Assembly (NCBI GenBank): GCA_036867785.1
Contig: CP145422.1
Location: 806,001 to 870,000 of the forward strand
Direction: 5' to 3'
Source: Plasmodiophora brassicae
Lineage: Eukaryota
DNA: 64,000 nucleotides
Below the pieces are notes generated by a model. The model had not been told where the DNA came from. It saw nothing but the letters and a program-made list of their open reading frames with translations, and made no database searches. The position numbers and the translations under genes were made by a program. Shown piece after piece: positions 1 through 11,387 of the stretch (the first letter of the stretch is position 1; the number at the start of each line of letters is the position of its first letter).

Positions 1-555
1 ACGGAAGATGAACTTGACAGCTATATGGCCAGCATTGGGAAGGCTGGAGCCGCTCAGCAGGTTGTATCGATGCAGGAGAAGTTGAATCACCTTGCGGATG
101 AACGAGATCGCCTGGAGAAGTTAATCCGCATAGCGACGCCGGCTGGGTCTCACCTTGTGCCTTCTGCTGATTGGGCGCATACCACTGTCGCGAAGGCTAT
201 TTCTAAGGAGCCTGTACGCGCACAGGACCCCACTCATGAAGAGCGACAAGACAAGTCTGGCCCTGCCGTCGCACCTGAACCGAAGCAGAACCTATTACCA
301 ATGTCAACGCCGGCGGCGTTACCAACGGAGACGGTATCATCGGCAGACACCTATATTCTACCTGGAATAGACGATCTGCAACGTAAAGGCGGCTTACTGA
401 TTCCCAAGAGGCACTCCACGAGAAGGCGCGCCGAAGAAAGCGTCTGCAGCGAAGATGGCATCGTGGCCGAGATTGAACACGTTTCTGACTGGGTGCCTCC
501 AGTGCATCAAACCGGCGACGGGCGAACCTCTCTCAATGAAAAACTTGGTTATTGA
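1..555 (+). CDS. Kanadaptin (SLC4A1AP)-like protein, 3' part (5' truncated by the window edge)
   Basis: Frame is open from base 1 (TEDELDSYMASI...EKLIRIATP). It ends with DWVPPVHQTGDGRTSLNEKLGY*, matching the conserved kanadaptin C-terminus WxPPxxQxGDGxTxLNxKxGY. Confidence 0.8.
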   Translation, partial: TEDELDSYMASIGKAGAAQQVVSMQEKLNHLADERDRLEKLIRIATPAGSHLVPSADWAHTTVAKAISKEPVRAQDPTHEERQDKSGPAVAPEPKQNLLPMSTPAALPTETVSSADTYILPGIDDLQRKGGLLIPKRHSTRRRAEESVCSEDGIVAEIEHVSDWVPPVHQTGDGRTSLNEKLGY

Positions 556-759
556 AGTTGCTGCTGGTCCACTATCAGTTATGGTGTGTGATTCATCAGA
601 GGTCCAAACATGTAGAAGCGCATTGTCACACACGTAGCAGGCAAAGTTGACGATACGAGAGCGGGGGTGCCATTTCCACAGGCCTTCCGTCCAACGATCA
701 GGCTGACTTTCGATCGCCATGTACTGTATTGGTTTTCCAGTCCTTGTGTTGGGATTGTC

Positions 760-960
760 TCAAGCGCAGACTGATTCACGACATAAACTGGCGCACAGTC
801 CACAAACGCAAGCGCCGGAAGCCCAGCACTCAACTACTTACACCTATCAACAGCGAATACCAGCATCGTGGTGCCTGCTTCAGGCCGTACAGGCACTTCA
901 TCAACTTCCATACCCAACCTGGTCTTTGAACGCATGCATCTTGATCCGCTGGGTAGCAGG
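760..960 (-). pseudogene. Ty1/copia reverse-transcriptase relic
   Basis: The minus frame reads VWKLMKCLYGLKQAPRCW, the copia RVT_2 hallmark LYGLKQAPRxW. It is flanked by stops and frameshifts; boundaries are approximate. Confidence 0.7.
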
Positions 961-1148
961 CCGTTGTACATCGTTCACTCACGGTCGGTGACGACAGCAC
1001 AGTACTTGTCATACGGCTGTTGCAGCTGCTTTATGGATGGAGCGTCCACACTCTTCGTCTTCGGACGGGTGGCTCATGATGTTTAATGCTCGTGGCTCTA
1101 ACGCAGACTCGGCATTCGTCGAACTAGCTGATAACAATCAGACACCGG

Positions 1149-1244
1149 TCCTGGATCGGATTCCGATTGAGTGTAAGTGACTACTGAGAAAGGGACTCCT
1201 GGATCGGATTCCGATCGAGTGTAAGTGAGTACTGAGAGAGGGAG
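1149..1244. repeat. 48-bp tandem repeat, 2 copies
   Basis: tcctggatcggattccgatYgagtgtaagtgaStactgagaRagggaS starts at 1149 and again at 1197. Confidence 0.9.
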
Positions 1245-3043
1245 ACCTCTAGAGTTTATGACGTCTCCGACATCATATATAACCAGATATACCACGTGCG
1301 GCACTGATCCCTATGTTGCCAAATGATAACTGCGAGGCGTGACAAGTCTAGCAGTGACGTCACGACGTTTCGTTCGATCGATCTCTGGGAACGATGTGCC
1401 ATGGGGGTGGCGGCACGGCGAAGTGCCGCTGGTAGGTGTGGTTCAGTTGTGAAACAACTTTGTGCCGTCAGACCTAATCCAAACTGGGTTTCACAAGTTG
1501 GCCACAACGGCAATGCCCGCACCGCGTAAGCGTCTCTACGAAGAGACGAAACCGTCAGCAACGTCCCTCGTGGCCTACACGGCATCGGCGCGATCGTCAC
1601 TCAGCCGGACAACCTGTAGTGCCACAGGCCTGCAATTGCTGCAAGCGCGGTCATCCAGCACGCGTCGTGACAGCGGCCATGTACGCCCGGTGGTTCACAT
1701 GCAAGGCGCCGCAATGTGCGGTGGGAACCCCACCGACACTGCTGTATGAGAACGTGTCAGCAACGTCCATCGTTTTAGTAAACACGTGGGCGCAAAAACT
1801 TTAGCGCCTGCGCCTTGGCCGTCCTGTTCGTCTGGTAAATCTGGTACGGCGCCTCGTTCGCCTGGTCGTTGTTGCTGTTCGGGTCTTTCACGCAGCGCCT
1901 GATTGCCGAGCAGAACCTCCGTCAGGCTGTTCGACGATTCCAGCCTTGTCCCCGCTGAGAAGGGCACGTCACCGGGACGTTCATGATCAGCGTGTCAGCG
2001 CGGGTGTTCGGCTCTGATCGTGTAGGGCGCGTTCGACCGGATCGAGCACGGAAGGCAAAGGCAACTGGCCCGTATCGTCCACGCTGTTGGGACCGCGCTT
2101 CACGAACGTGGCCGCCAACGAAGTATAACTGCCTGGAGGTGCACCGCGCGTCTGGGAGACGTCGACCTCACTCTGTAAAGGACGCTCGGCAGGGAATTTC
2201 TTGTTCGCACGCACCCGCAAAGGTGGCCATCACGAGTTCTACCAACAAGAAGCACATCACCGACGACTCAACGTCGACGCCGATCGTGGCATACATCACC
2301 ACCCGGAAGTACAGTTGCTAGCGGTCGCTAGCAAATCAGCCAGCGCATCAGAACACGGCGGCTGCGCCAACCACCGAACACACCCGAGACCGAGGCGCCC
2401 GCGTGAGCGCGAAACCCGAATTACAAGCGAAAGATACGCCACGCCTCGAGCTGCGGCTGCCATCGGTATCGACGGCTCTCGCCACTGTCTCTGCGTCACG
2501 ATCGCTGCAGCAACGGCCCGGTCGTGCAGTGATGACACCAGCACAGCAACGGTAACAGCTAGCTCGAGGTGACCTGCGCTACGATAACGGTTGCACGATG
2601 GCGCGCGTTGCCGTTGGAACCAAGCGGTTTTCGTTGCAAGGTGCTCCTTGGCGAAAAATGAACTCGTGAATGGTCACCATTGCGGGAACGCGCGGATGAG
2701 AATTCTGCCGAGCGTCCATTGCAGAGCGAGATGGACACGTCTTGCTGACGCGCTGGTGAATCTCCAGGCAGTTAGATATCCTTCGTTAGCGTCAAACGTG
2801 GTTCCTTCAGCGTGGACGGTACACTCGATCCGCACGGAACCCGCTGTACACGATCAGAGACGAACTCCCGTGCCGGCTATCGGACACGCTGATGAACGCC
2901 CCGGTGACGTGACCTCCTCAACGGGGACAAGGACCGGAAGCCGTCCAGTAGCCTGAATGAGGCCCTGCTCGGCATTCAGACGCTTTTTGAACGAGCCGAA
3001 CAGCAACAACAAGCGCCCCGTTGTTGCCCGGCTCACAGACACG

Positions 3044-3790
3044 ATGTCGATGCCTGCGGACGGACTGGCCCCAGCGATCGTGTACGTCGCGCGCGAGTCG
3101 ACTGTGTGGCAGTGGCCGCTCGTCGAGATGCTCCGGTACTGGGTCAGCCCATGGTCATCGCCGTCCTCGCCGTTCCGCCGTCGTCTGTCGGGCAAGACGG
3201 TCGTGTGCGTGTCGGATACGCATGGTCACCACCGGTCGTTGGATGTCCCGGACGGCGATATCCTGATTCACGCTGGCGATTACACGTTGTTCGGGGACCG
3301 CGACGGCGCCGTCGACTTCAATGCGTGGCTGGGCGACATCCGCAACCGGTTCAAGGCGATCGTCGTTGTGCAGGGCAACCACGAGTACAACGCCGAATGG
3401 AAACGCGAAGCCGCATCGATCCTTTCGAACGCGACCCTTCTCCGTGACGAATGCGTCACGGTCGACGGCATCGTCATGTACGGCTGCGAGTTCAGCTGGG
3501 CGTGCCGGGGTCGTAATCCGTACCACGACCAGATTCCCGCTGACGTGGACATCATTGTGACGCATTGCCCGGCGCGTGGGTACGGCGACGGTAACCATGG
3601 GTGCCCGTCGATGCTCGCTCGGGTCGAGCAGCTGCGCCCAGGACTGGTCGTAAGCGGCCACGTGCACGGTGGGCGATCCGTCCAGCAGGGGCGCTCGCAA
3701 TCCCTGCGCGGGACGACATTCGTCAATGCGGCTACTGTCGAATCACATCACCGCCTTACGAAGCAACCCGTTGTCGTACGGTTCCCGTGA
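3044..3790 (+). CDS. Calcineurin-like metallophosphoesterase (MPPED/239FB-like)
   Basis: All five motifs are present: VSDTH, HAGD, GNHE, VTH and GHVH. The start is either ATG 3044 or the upstream in-frame ATG 2957, which lies inside a repeat. Confidence 0.88.
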   Translation: MSMPADGLAPAIVYVARESTVWQWPLVEMLRYWVSPWSSPSSPFRRRLSGKTVVCVSDTHGHHRSLDVPDGDILIHAGDYTLFGDRDGAVDFNAWLGDIRNRFKAIVVVQGNHEYNAEWKREAASILSNATLLRDECVTVDGIVMYGCEFSWACRGRNPYHDQIPADVDIIVTHCPARGYGDGNHGCPSMLARVEQLRPGLVVSGHVHGGRSVQQGRSQSLRGTTFVNAATVESHHRLTKQPVVVRFP

Positions 3791-4644
3791 CATGCGCGTA
3801 GACGCAGATCGTTACATCTACACGATTTGCAACTGAGTGTGGAAACATTCGTCTCCGATCGTCGTGCGATTCGCTTCGCCGCAAGTGAAATCACCTGTCG
3901 TGCATAGTGATGTTAGCGCCAGTAGGCGCATCGCAGCAACCGAATCGCGACGGAAAGATGCGGGCCATCTCGCCAGGAATGCCTCAGGAGTCCCTAATCC
4001 GCCGAAAGCAGGCGACGACGTGCTTCACCGCTGTGCTCCGAATCTGCGGGCACTTTTCGTCAGTTCTTTCGGTTGCCGTTGCTTGAACTCATTAGCGGCA
4101 CGAAGGACGATGGTCAACCGTCCCCTAGCACAGCCGCAACCCCTCAACAAATCACGCGATGGCGTATCGAAGGTACCCGCGACGATTGGCGACAGGATTC
4201 AACGGCGCGCGGCGCTTCCGGCGGAATACTCGAATACTCGTTTGCGGCACAGAGCCAATGTTTCGTCGCGCGCGCTGGCTTGTCCGTTCACACTATCCTG
4301 ACCCCCGATTGCCCACCCTGTGCAGCATCAGGACCAACATTGCCATCGACAGCGGGGAACGTCCACTCGGTGCTGACGATCGTGCCGAAGAACATCGACA
4401 GACCTCTCTAATATGCTTCCTATACGCCTTCTTTGTGTCCTCCACACCGGTGCCCGTGCTCTCGAACAGGTCGACTGGCTCGTCAAGGACGTCCAAGCCA
4501 TACCGATTTACTGGCGGCGAGGTCACCAGCTTTAGCGAACGCGTTGATGGCCTCAACCTGGGTAATTGCCGGGAGCTGATATCGTTTCGAGCGGGAACGG
4601 CGTCAATCGTGTTGTCGTACCATGGCCCATCAGCAGGTGAGGGG

Positions 4645-4745
4645 GCAACAGGTCTTCTTGGACGACAGCGTGTAAACGACCCGCCGTTGCCCTCACTGTC
4701 GTACGACGTCGACCCGTTCGTGTTAACGTTGCTGAAATCGAAGTC
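4645..4745 (-). pseudogene. Degenerate copy of exon 2 and flanks of the 5057-5343 microprotein gene
   Basis: The minus strand reads ttcgatttcagcaac...gggtcgacgtcgtacgacagtgagggcaacggcgggtcgtttacacg...tccaagaagacctgtt. It aligns to 5050-5150 with indels. Confidence 0.7.
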
Positions 4746-5056
4746 GAGCGGACTGCCGACGTTGCCGAGTCTAATTAATGGCACTGATGGACTCAAACAT
4801 GTTGCTGTTTTCGACTAAGGCAATGCAGAAAAGCCAAGGGTCTGCCTGCATATCGTGAGGGATGGCAGGCACATGACTCCCACCGACTCGTGATCAGGGA
4901 TCGTTGAGGAACGCTAGTTCGCGAAAGTACGGAGCGTCCTGGCATACAGGCGTCAGACGGTTCCAGACCCTTTGGAAGGTAGCATTGCGCGCAAACAACA
5001 CCAGTAAACAAATGTATTGACAAACGACAATGCTTCAAACGCGACGCCGAACAGGT

Positions 5057-5343
5057 CTACTTCTTGGACGACGACGACGTCGACGTGTAAACCGACCCGC
5101 CCTTGCCGTCATTGTAGTACGTCGAGCCGCTCGGGTTGCTGCAATCGAAGACGGTTAGAGTACGGTGGGGACGCCGCGGCCTCAACCAATGTGCAGTACA
5201 GACCTGTAGTAGTAAGAGCCATTGCTGTTCGAGTAATGATAACTGTTGCTGTTGGCCGCCGACGTGCCGTAGTTACGCGAGCAGTAGTGGTTGCCCTGCG
5301 AGTTCGTCCCGCTGCTCTTGTACGTGTACCCGCCCTTTGGCAT
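5057..5343 (-). CDS. 73-aa Tyr/Ser/Asn/Gly-rich small protein, 2 exons (5343-5204, 5138-5057)
   Basis: Spliced product: MPKGGYTYKSSGTNSQGNHYCSRNYGTSAANSNSYHYSNSNGSYYYSNPSGSTYYNDGKGGSVYTSTSSSSKK*. The 65-nt GT..CAG intron (5139-5203) has a CTAAC branch point and splicing preserves the frame. It is absent from the ORF track. Confidence 0.85.
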
Positions 5344-7479
5344 CTTGGTCGTTCACGTTCCTGACTCGATTGCAGAATGACTCGTTTTCGCCTCCGAGCG
5401 TCCGCACTCCGCACCCGGCACCCCGTCCCCCCGACGACCATCGGCAACTGGAATTCAGGGCCCGATTCAGGGCCCTGAACCGAATTTGGCAACTCGCCCT
5501 TGGCCCCATGAGACCGTGGCCGCGGGACTTACGCGCGACGTTGCCGTTGCCAGCAACGGAACTGTTAATTGGCTTTTCCTTCTACACGGAGATGGGCTGC
5601 CGGTCCTTCCGCGTGAATTCAGCTTGCTGGTTGACGTCGGGGGACTCAGTAGCCGTTTGACGATGTTGGCTCCGGACAACCCGATGCAGCGACGTCCGCT
5701 GGTGTTTAGCGCGGTTCCGGTGACGTTCAGTAGGGACGCAACAATACCAACTTGGAGCCTGGCCTTCGAACGCTTGTGCGCAAGTTATGGCATCGTCACA
5801 TCATTGCCGGTGCACTTCGAAGTGGGCAGAGCCTAAATGCCACAAGAACCATCCAGACCTCGCCAGGATATGATCCAAGCATGATCGCCGTCCCACGTTC
5901 CGATAAATGTTATGTATTTTACAGTAAACAGCAGATTCCCGACGAAGGTTTGGTGCTGCTAGCAGGATGGCCCAACAATGGCATCGCCCGTCACAAAGTA
6001 GTGACGTCCGCCGATGACTATTCAGCATTAACACCCCTATGCAACAACAGACGTTAGTAACGGCCAGGGCTACGACAATAATTGTTGGGAATTGGATGGA
6101 ATTCAGAACATTGTCTGTCATCAAATTGATTTACAGATGGCACTTCCTATTTTGACAATGGATGCATCATTTGAAAAAGTGGAGACGAAACGTTTGCTTA
6201 CTTTGCACAACCAATGGTTGCCAGGCGCGTGCGAAATACGACCATCGATACTTGTCACTAAAGAAATCCAATCATGAGCATACGATACGATTCTCATAGC
6301 ATCAAAATGAAACTGTAGGCGACCTCCGACACCGCCACGGTTACGGATGAAACGACGTGACAGTTTTAAATGATTGCCAAGATTAATGTCGGACTCTTAA
6401 ATAAGAATGCCAAAGTAAGGCGCTACTGCATGGGCAGTAGCCAAAGGCATCCTACTCTCAGCGTCCAGAAAATTACAAATTCTGAAAATATAGAACGCAC
6501 CGTTATGTTATGAACTGCCTGGACGGATGAGGGGCGGGCAGTTGCGCAGGCACATGACCTATGAAAACGTGTCAGCACATGTTCGATTGGCTCAAAGCAA
6601 TATTCCGCCAATAAACAACTCAGACAGTACTGGAATCTTCAACTGCATTCAGATATATGCTTGTTTCTTTGTTGTAAAACATCATCGAAATAGCAACCAC
6701 ACTCAACAAGACGATTACCATGACGCAACGGACTCGCTATTGCAACTGACAACTGGCGAGTGAACCCATGCGACTGCGGTGCCGCAGGGCGCACGAGTCC
6801 GCACGGTGTCCGCCACGGACTACCGTTCGCCCCTTATATGGTGGTGCCCTAAAACACAATGTGGACACGGGCGGACTCACGCCTGTATTTCACGCCAGCA
6901 TCGGTGTGAATAGCGACCATGCCGACGAAGGCCCAGCCGGTGGCACTCTGCCGTGTCCGGGGCATCCTGGTAAAGGGCAAGACGAAGGCGCTCGTGGAGC
7001 AGGGCTTTGCCGCGTATGTGCACGGTCGCCTCGCGGGGAACCTGGCTGTCGCGTTGCCGTCCTGGCGGCCCCGGACGTATTGACGATCGTCGCCACCGGC
7101 ACGCTGGCAAGCATGTCCTCGGACCCGCCTGCGTTGGCGCCTGTCCAGGTTGCCTCCAGCGTCGACGCCCGGTTCGTTGACGACGACGACGCTGGCGCTG
7201 GGGGAAGCGACGACGGGCCCCGGGACCGCGACCTGGCCCGATACCGGGTCGTCGAAATTACCAGCGGCGGCGGCCCAGACGGCGCCGACGCCGATCCCAT
7301 ACCGCCAGAAGCTTCGTCGTTGAGCAGCGCCTTTGCATTACGAGATGGCCGTCGCGTCGTCGTCGTTCATGTGTTGCGGCTTCGCGCAGCGGATCTGCAC
7401 GGTGATCGTCAAGCGCCGGCAGCGTCGGAACCACTGGCGCCAACTGAAAGGATCCTTACCGACCGTCCCCATGGCGCCA

Positions 7480-8460
7480 GCAAGCACCGCTCTCAGCATC
7501 CCGCGCTGAAGCACTTCGGGCGGTTCCTGTAGCAGGGGCAGGCGGTGACGTGCGTGCGCGCCACGTCATGAGCTGTCTTGACGCTTGATGACGTCAGCCA
7601 GGACCTGCTGGAGCGCTTCGCCTCGTTCCTGCAACGTCACACGCCGACGGTGCAAAAGCACTCCACGACGAATTTCCTGTTCCAGCTCAATGACGCGCTG
7701 GTGGATAGGTTCAAGGAGGGCGACCCGTCGTTGGACCTGCTGGACGCGTCTTGCTACCGCAAGGTGTGCGAACCGCAGGTCCTGCTTTTCCAGGAAGGTT
7801 GCCTCGCTGGCCCGTCCGAGGATGTTCCACAGGATCGTGAACAGGACGCTGCCGGTGAGACGCCGACGAGTCAGATACGACCTCGGCGATGACGGAAGCG
7901 ACGTCGCATCGATCGTGGGCCAATCGCGCGACATTGGACCTGCTGGGCGCATCTTGGTACCTCAAGGTGTGCCAGCAAATGCAAGACCATTACCGCCAGC
8001 ACAGCAAGACGGACGGCACCACCATGGTGGACCGCGCGCCAGCGTTCCACAAGGAGGGCGTTCCGGACGGTCGAGTGCCGTCCGTCTTGCAGCGCTGGCG
8101 GTAATGCTTTTGCATTTGCTGGCGCACCTTGCGGTACCAAGATGCGTCCAGCAGGTCCAATGTCACGCGATTGGCCTACGATCGTTGCGACGTCGCTTCC
8201 GTCATCGCATCGCCTAGGTCGTATCTGACTCGTCGGCGTTTCACCGGCAGCGTCCTGTTCACGATCCTGTGGAACATCCTCGGGCCGGCCAACGAGGCAA
8301 CCTTCCTGGAAAAGCAGGACCTGCGGTTCGAACCGGACCACGTCAGCCGCAGCAAGGTCCAAAGCGAAGCCCAGCTGCGGGTCTTCTGCGGACGACATTC
8401 GTTCTGCCTGACGTCTTCCATTGCGCTCGGATGGCAGGCGGCGCTGGTGCCCGATCACGG
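7480..8460 (+). mobile_element. Scrambled relic of a Crypton-like tyrosine-recombinase element
   Basis: Fragments ALKHFGRFL, LTLDDVSQDLLERFASFL..STTNFLFQLNDAL, WYLKVCQQMQDHY..GTTMVDRAPAFHKE and SRSKVQSEAQLRVFCGRHSFCLTSSIAL resemble, by memory, protist/oomycete Crypton-type recombinases. They are interrupted by stops and an inversion. Confidence 0.45.
7769..8330. repeat. Long inverted repeat: arms 7769-8019 and 8075-8330, 55-nt spacer
   Basis: cgaaccgcaggtcctgcttttccagg...gacggacggcac is mirrored by gtgccgtccgtc...cctggaaaagcaggacctgcggttcg. The ORF track shows near-identical peptides on opposite strands (7578+ versus 7871-). Confidence 0.95.
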
Positions 8461-9668
8461 CGCGGTACGTGCGTGCCCCGCGTGCACACGTCGTCCGAAG
8501 GCTCAACTGGCGGCACTGAGCTGCTAGCTGTTCTAGACCCTGTTCCCGCTGATCACGGGACAATCGGCGAGCCAGGGCGACCTGGGCCGTCACATCTCAT
8601 CGAGTGTGCCGACGCACTCGTTCGATTGTCGGTCTTATCGGGAGCGTGACATGGGGAAAACAAGGTCGGTGGTATCAGCGTTTGCCGTCGAGTCCTTCGG
8701 CGCAATTTAACGTGTTGTCGGTTATCGGCTATACATCCTACTCATTCAGTGTCCTGGGTCCGCAACGACCCGGTTACGACGGTAGTAGCATCACCTGGAG
8801 TTGATCGAGCCGGAGATGTATGCCAGTATTGATCGCGATGAAGGACCTGGCATGCGCTCTCATCGGATCCAGGCCATAGCATCATTGTCGCGGAGCCCAA
8901 CTGCAACACTCGACAATCAGGTCGTCGTCGGCAGGCTGGTTGAGGATCCCCTACAGCCTGCTGCGCTTCATAAGGCCGCCTCCCGCCAACACCGCCTATC
9001 GAAACGTGCAACGCCTTCGACCGGCGTTCGCGTTCGATCACGAGGCCGATTTCGACCGCCCGTACAGAGGCGGCCACCGGCGAGCTCGAGGCGCGACTAA
9101 CGCAGCCCTGTCCTGCAGGAACAGATGGTCAAATTACGAAACGACGCGATGATGGACACCTGGCGTCCGCGATGTAGTCATTGCATGCTTCGATTAGAGC
9201 GGCAAACTGCACGTGATGGCACGACGACTATACACGGTGTTCGCCCGCGACGACCTATTCCACACGCGCGAGCAGAATTCTGGAATGTCAAAGACCCAAC
9301 GGCGATGCCTGGGTTACACAGACCATCCACCGCGATCCGTTTCGACCAATCTTGTCCAAACGTGGCAAATGGTAACGACGAGATCGAGGTGGACACGTCG
9401 GGCAAGCGTAATTCGCTTCCGATCGCCTAGGCAGCAATATGCCCGATGTCTGCCTTTCGGGTTGGGTTAGCCTTGGTCACAGCGATATACAGTCGTACCA
9501 ACGTCCCGTCATCCGTCTGCTGCAATCGACATAGTCTGCTGGTCAATCGAAGCTTCGATCGACGACGCCAGACAACAGAAGAGAAAGGATGAGGTATATG
9601 AAATCCATTCTTTGCTGTTGTAGACGTTGTGTTGATGGAATGACTTCCGGCCGGCAATGCGAAGGCCA

Positions 9669-11069
9669 TCAGCTGGAAAGGGACTGCACTGCTTCGCCGG
9701 CAATACGGCGGGTTTTCGGATGGAGGTTAGGGTCAGTCGACAGGACCGACATGAAATCGCGGAATTTAACGCGGTCCTGCTGACCTTGCAGAAGACGAAG
9801 GCGATGCTGGACAATGAGACGGAAACACGTCAGGACGGGATCCCCGTCCTGAATGACGTCGTCGTAGCGGACAATCGGACGCCACTTCTTGCCCACTGGG
9901 CCTTCATCAGGGTCTGTAAGTGAGTACAGTTCCCAGCCATGAGCGGCAAATGTAATCAGGTCGTCCGATGGGGCGACATCCGCCCAGTATCGATGCCCAA
10001 GCATGAACTCCACAAGGCGCGCGCGCCCTTCACGACACGCCATGTCAAGCCAGAACAGTCTCCACTCGTGCGAAGCGTTACGAAAGCACTCGTCATATTC
10101 GGTTTCCAGCACTTGGTTTTGCAACAAGAAGGGCAGGGAAATGCTACTGGGAGGGGCACTTTCAACAACCAGTTCACGCAATTGGGGAGCCAGAACAGCC
10201 GAATAAGCGTCAGCGCCTGGCGCTTTCCGGAAGGCAGTCTTGGCAGTTCGTTTCTGTTGGCGCTGTGGGCGGTTCAGAAGGTCGAGCACTGGGCGCGAGC
10301 ACTGCGGCGGCAGCCCTGCATCGGACCACGCTTTTACCAGGACCAGTGTTCCAGAACGACGGTTGATACCAAAGACGTCAACGAGGAAGCGGCGCACCGT
10401 GTCCTCTTTCAATGCATACATGAATGGAAGACGAAGGAAAAGCCTGGGATCGACGTGTAGCGCATGCAATACCCCGTTCAAACTGTCGACGGAATCTGTC
10501 TCAACCGCTAAGCACAGATTGTCGAGGTGAGATAAATCGTCCTGGGTTAACTGGCCGCGGTAAACGGAGACCTTCGTGGGCCAGTCCTCAATGGCACCAA
10601 TTGACGGGAATGTGCCTGGTTCAACACTTGCATCGATATAGCGTTGAATAGCACGAAGCGCCGGCTGGTGCCCAATCACGCACGACATGTACTTGGCCGT
10701 GATCACGTTCTCAGCCGGGAACGTTCCGTTGCCGAATACGGGATAATTGAGCAGTGCGTCGACGGCTTGTGAGGCGCGTTCACTAGGCAAGTCGACAATG
10801 AGGAGAAGTGCACGGAGGCTGTCATAGCGAAAGCGATGCCAAAGTTGGGCGGACAACATCCATAGGTCGTTATCGATTTGGCGATCATGACGGAGGGAGT
10901 GTAACCACTTACTGGTATCCGTCACCCTCAGCCAATCGCAATCGGTCAGACAGGGTCCAATACCGCCTGTAACGACGTCTCCGGACAGCATTTGCAGTGG
11001 AGGCTGTCCCCCGCAGGTCGACAAAACAGTTACTGCGAGCATGGTGAGGCCCGACGCCCATATGCCCAT
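9669..11069 (-). CDS. Secreted F-box-like / ankyrin-like protein, tandem copy 1 (466 aa)
   Basis: Intronless ORF. Signal-peptide-like MGIWASGLTMLAVTVLSTCGG is followed by an F-box-like LQMLSGDVVTGGIGPCLTDCDWLRVTDTSKWLHSL, with ankyrin-like LDMACREGRARLVEFML near the C-terminus. It is paralogous to copies 2 and 3. Confidence 0.8.
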   Translation of the reverse strand: MGIWASGLTMLAVTVLSTCGGQPPLQMLSGDVVTGGIGPCLTDCDWLRVTDTSKWLHSLRHDRQIDNDLWMLSAQLWHRFRYDSLRALLLIVDLPSERASQAVDALLNYPVFGNGTFPAENVITAKYMSCVIGHQPALRAIQRYIDASVEPGTFPSIGAIEDWPTKVSVYRGQLTQDDLSHLDNLCLAVETDSVDSLNGVLHALHVDPRLFLRLPFMYALKEDTVRRFLVDVFGINRRSGTLVLVKAWSDAGLPPQCSRPVLDLLNRPQRQQKRTAKTAFRKAPGADAYSAVLAPQLRELVVESAPPSSISLPFLLQNQVLETEYDECFRNASHEWRLFWLDMACREGRARLVEFMLGHRYWADVAPSDDLITFAAHGWELYSLTDPDEGPVGKKWRPIVRYDDVIQDGDPVLTCFRLIVQHRLRLLQGQQDRVKFRDFMSVLSTDPNLHPKTRRIAGEAVQSLSS

Positions 11070-11387
11070 CGTAGCCGGTCGTTGCCTCACGACTGAAGGT
11101 GCTGACGAGGTGTGGCCAGTGCTTGAATGCGGGCTCCGGTCGGCGCGCAGTCCCTCCTGACTGCACAGCGCCGAAAATAGCACAGAAGCCATCAAAAATG
11201 GGCCCAAAACTGCTCACTGCCCGGTCAGGCCCAAACGCACCTCAGCCGCAAGTTGTGCGCCTGTCCCCCACTAGTGGTCCAAACAGAAAGAAAATCACGT
11301 GCTGATCACATGGAATCATGTGGAACATTGCGGCACAAGAGTATTCAAAATGTTTACCACTTACGATAAACCACTGGGAGCCGTCAC

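Noticed and set aside
1619-1750. Gag-like zinc-knuckle hints (CNCCKRGH, CGGN)
   Set aside because: The motifs are incomplete and in different frames, too weak to call.
5400-6760. Short ORFs in a lower-GC stretch, and a small palindrome ttcagggccctgaa
   Set aside because: No recognisable motif or consistent gene model. The palindrome is short enough to arise by chance.
11070-11207. Upstream in-frame extensions of the secreted family (also 15475-15648 and 18734-18913)
   Set aside because: The starts are not conserved among copies. The shared ATG directly precedes the signal-like segment.
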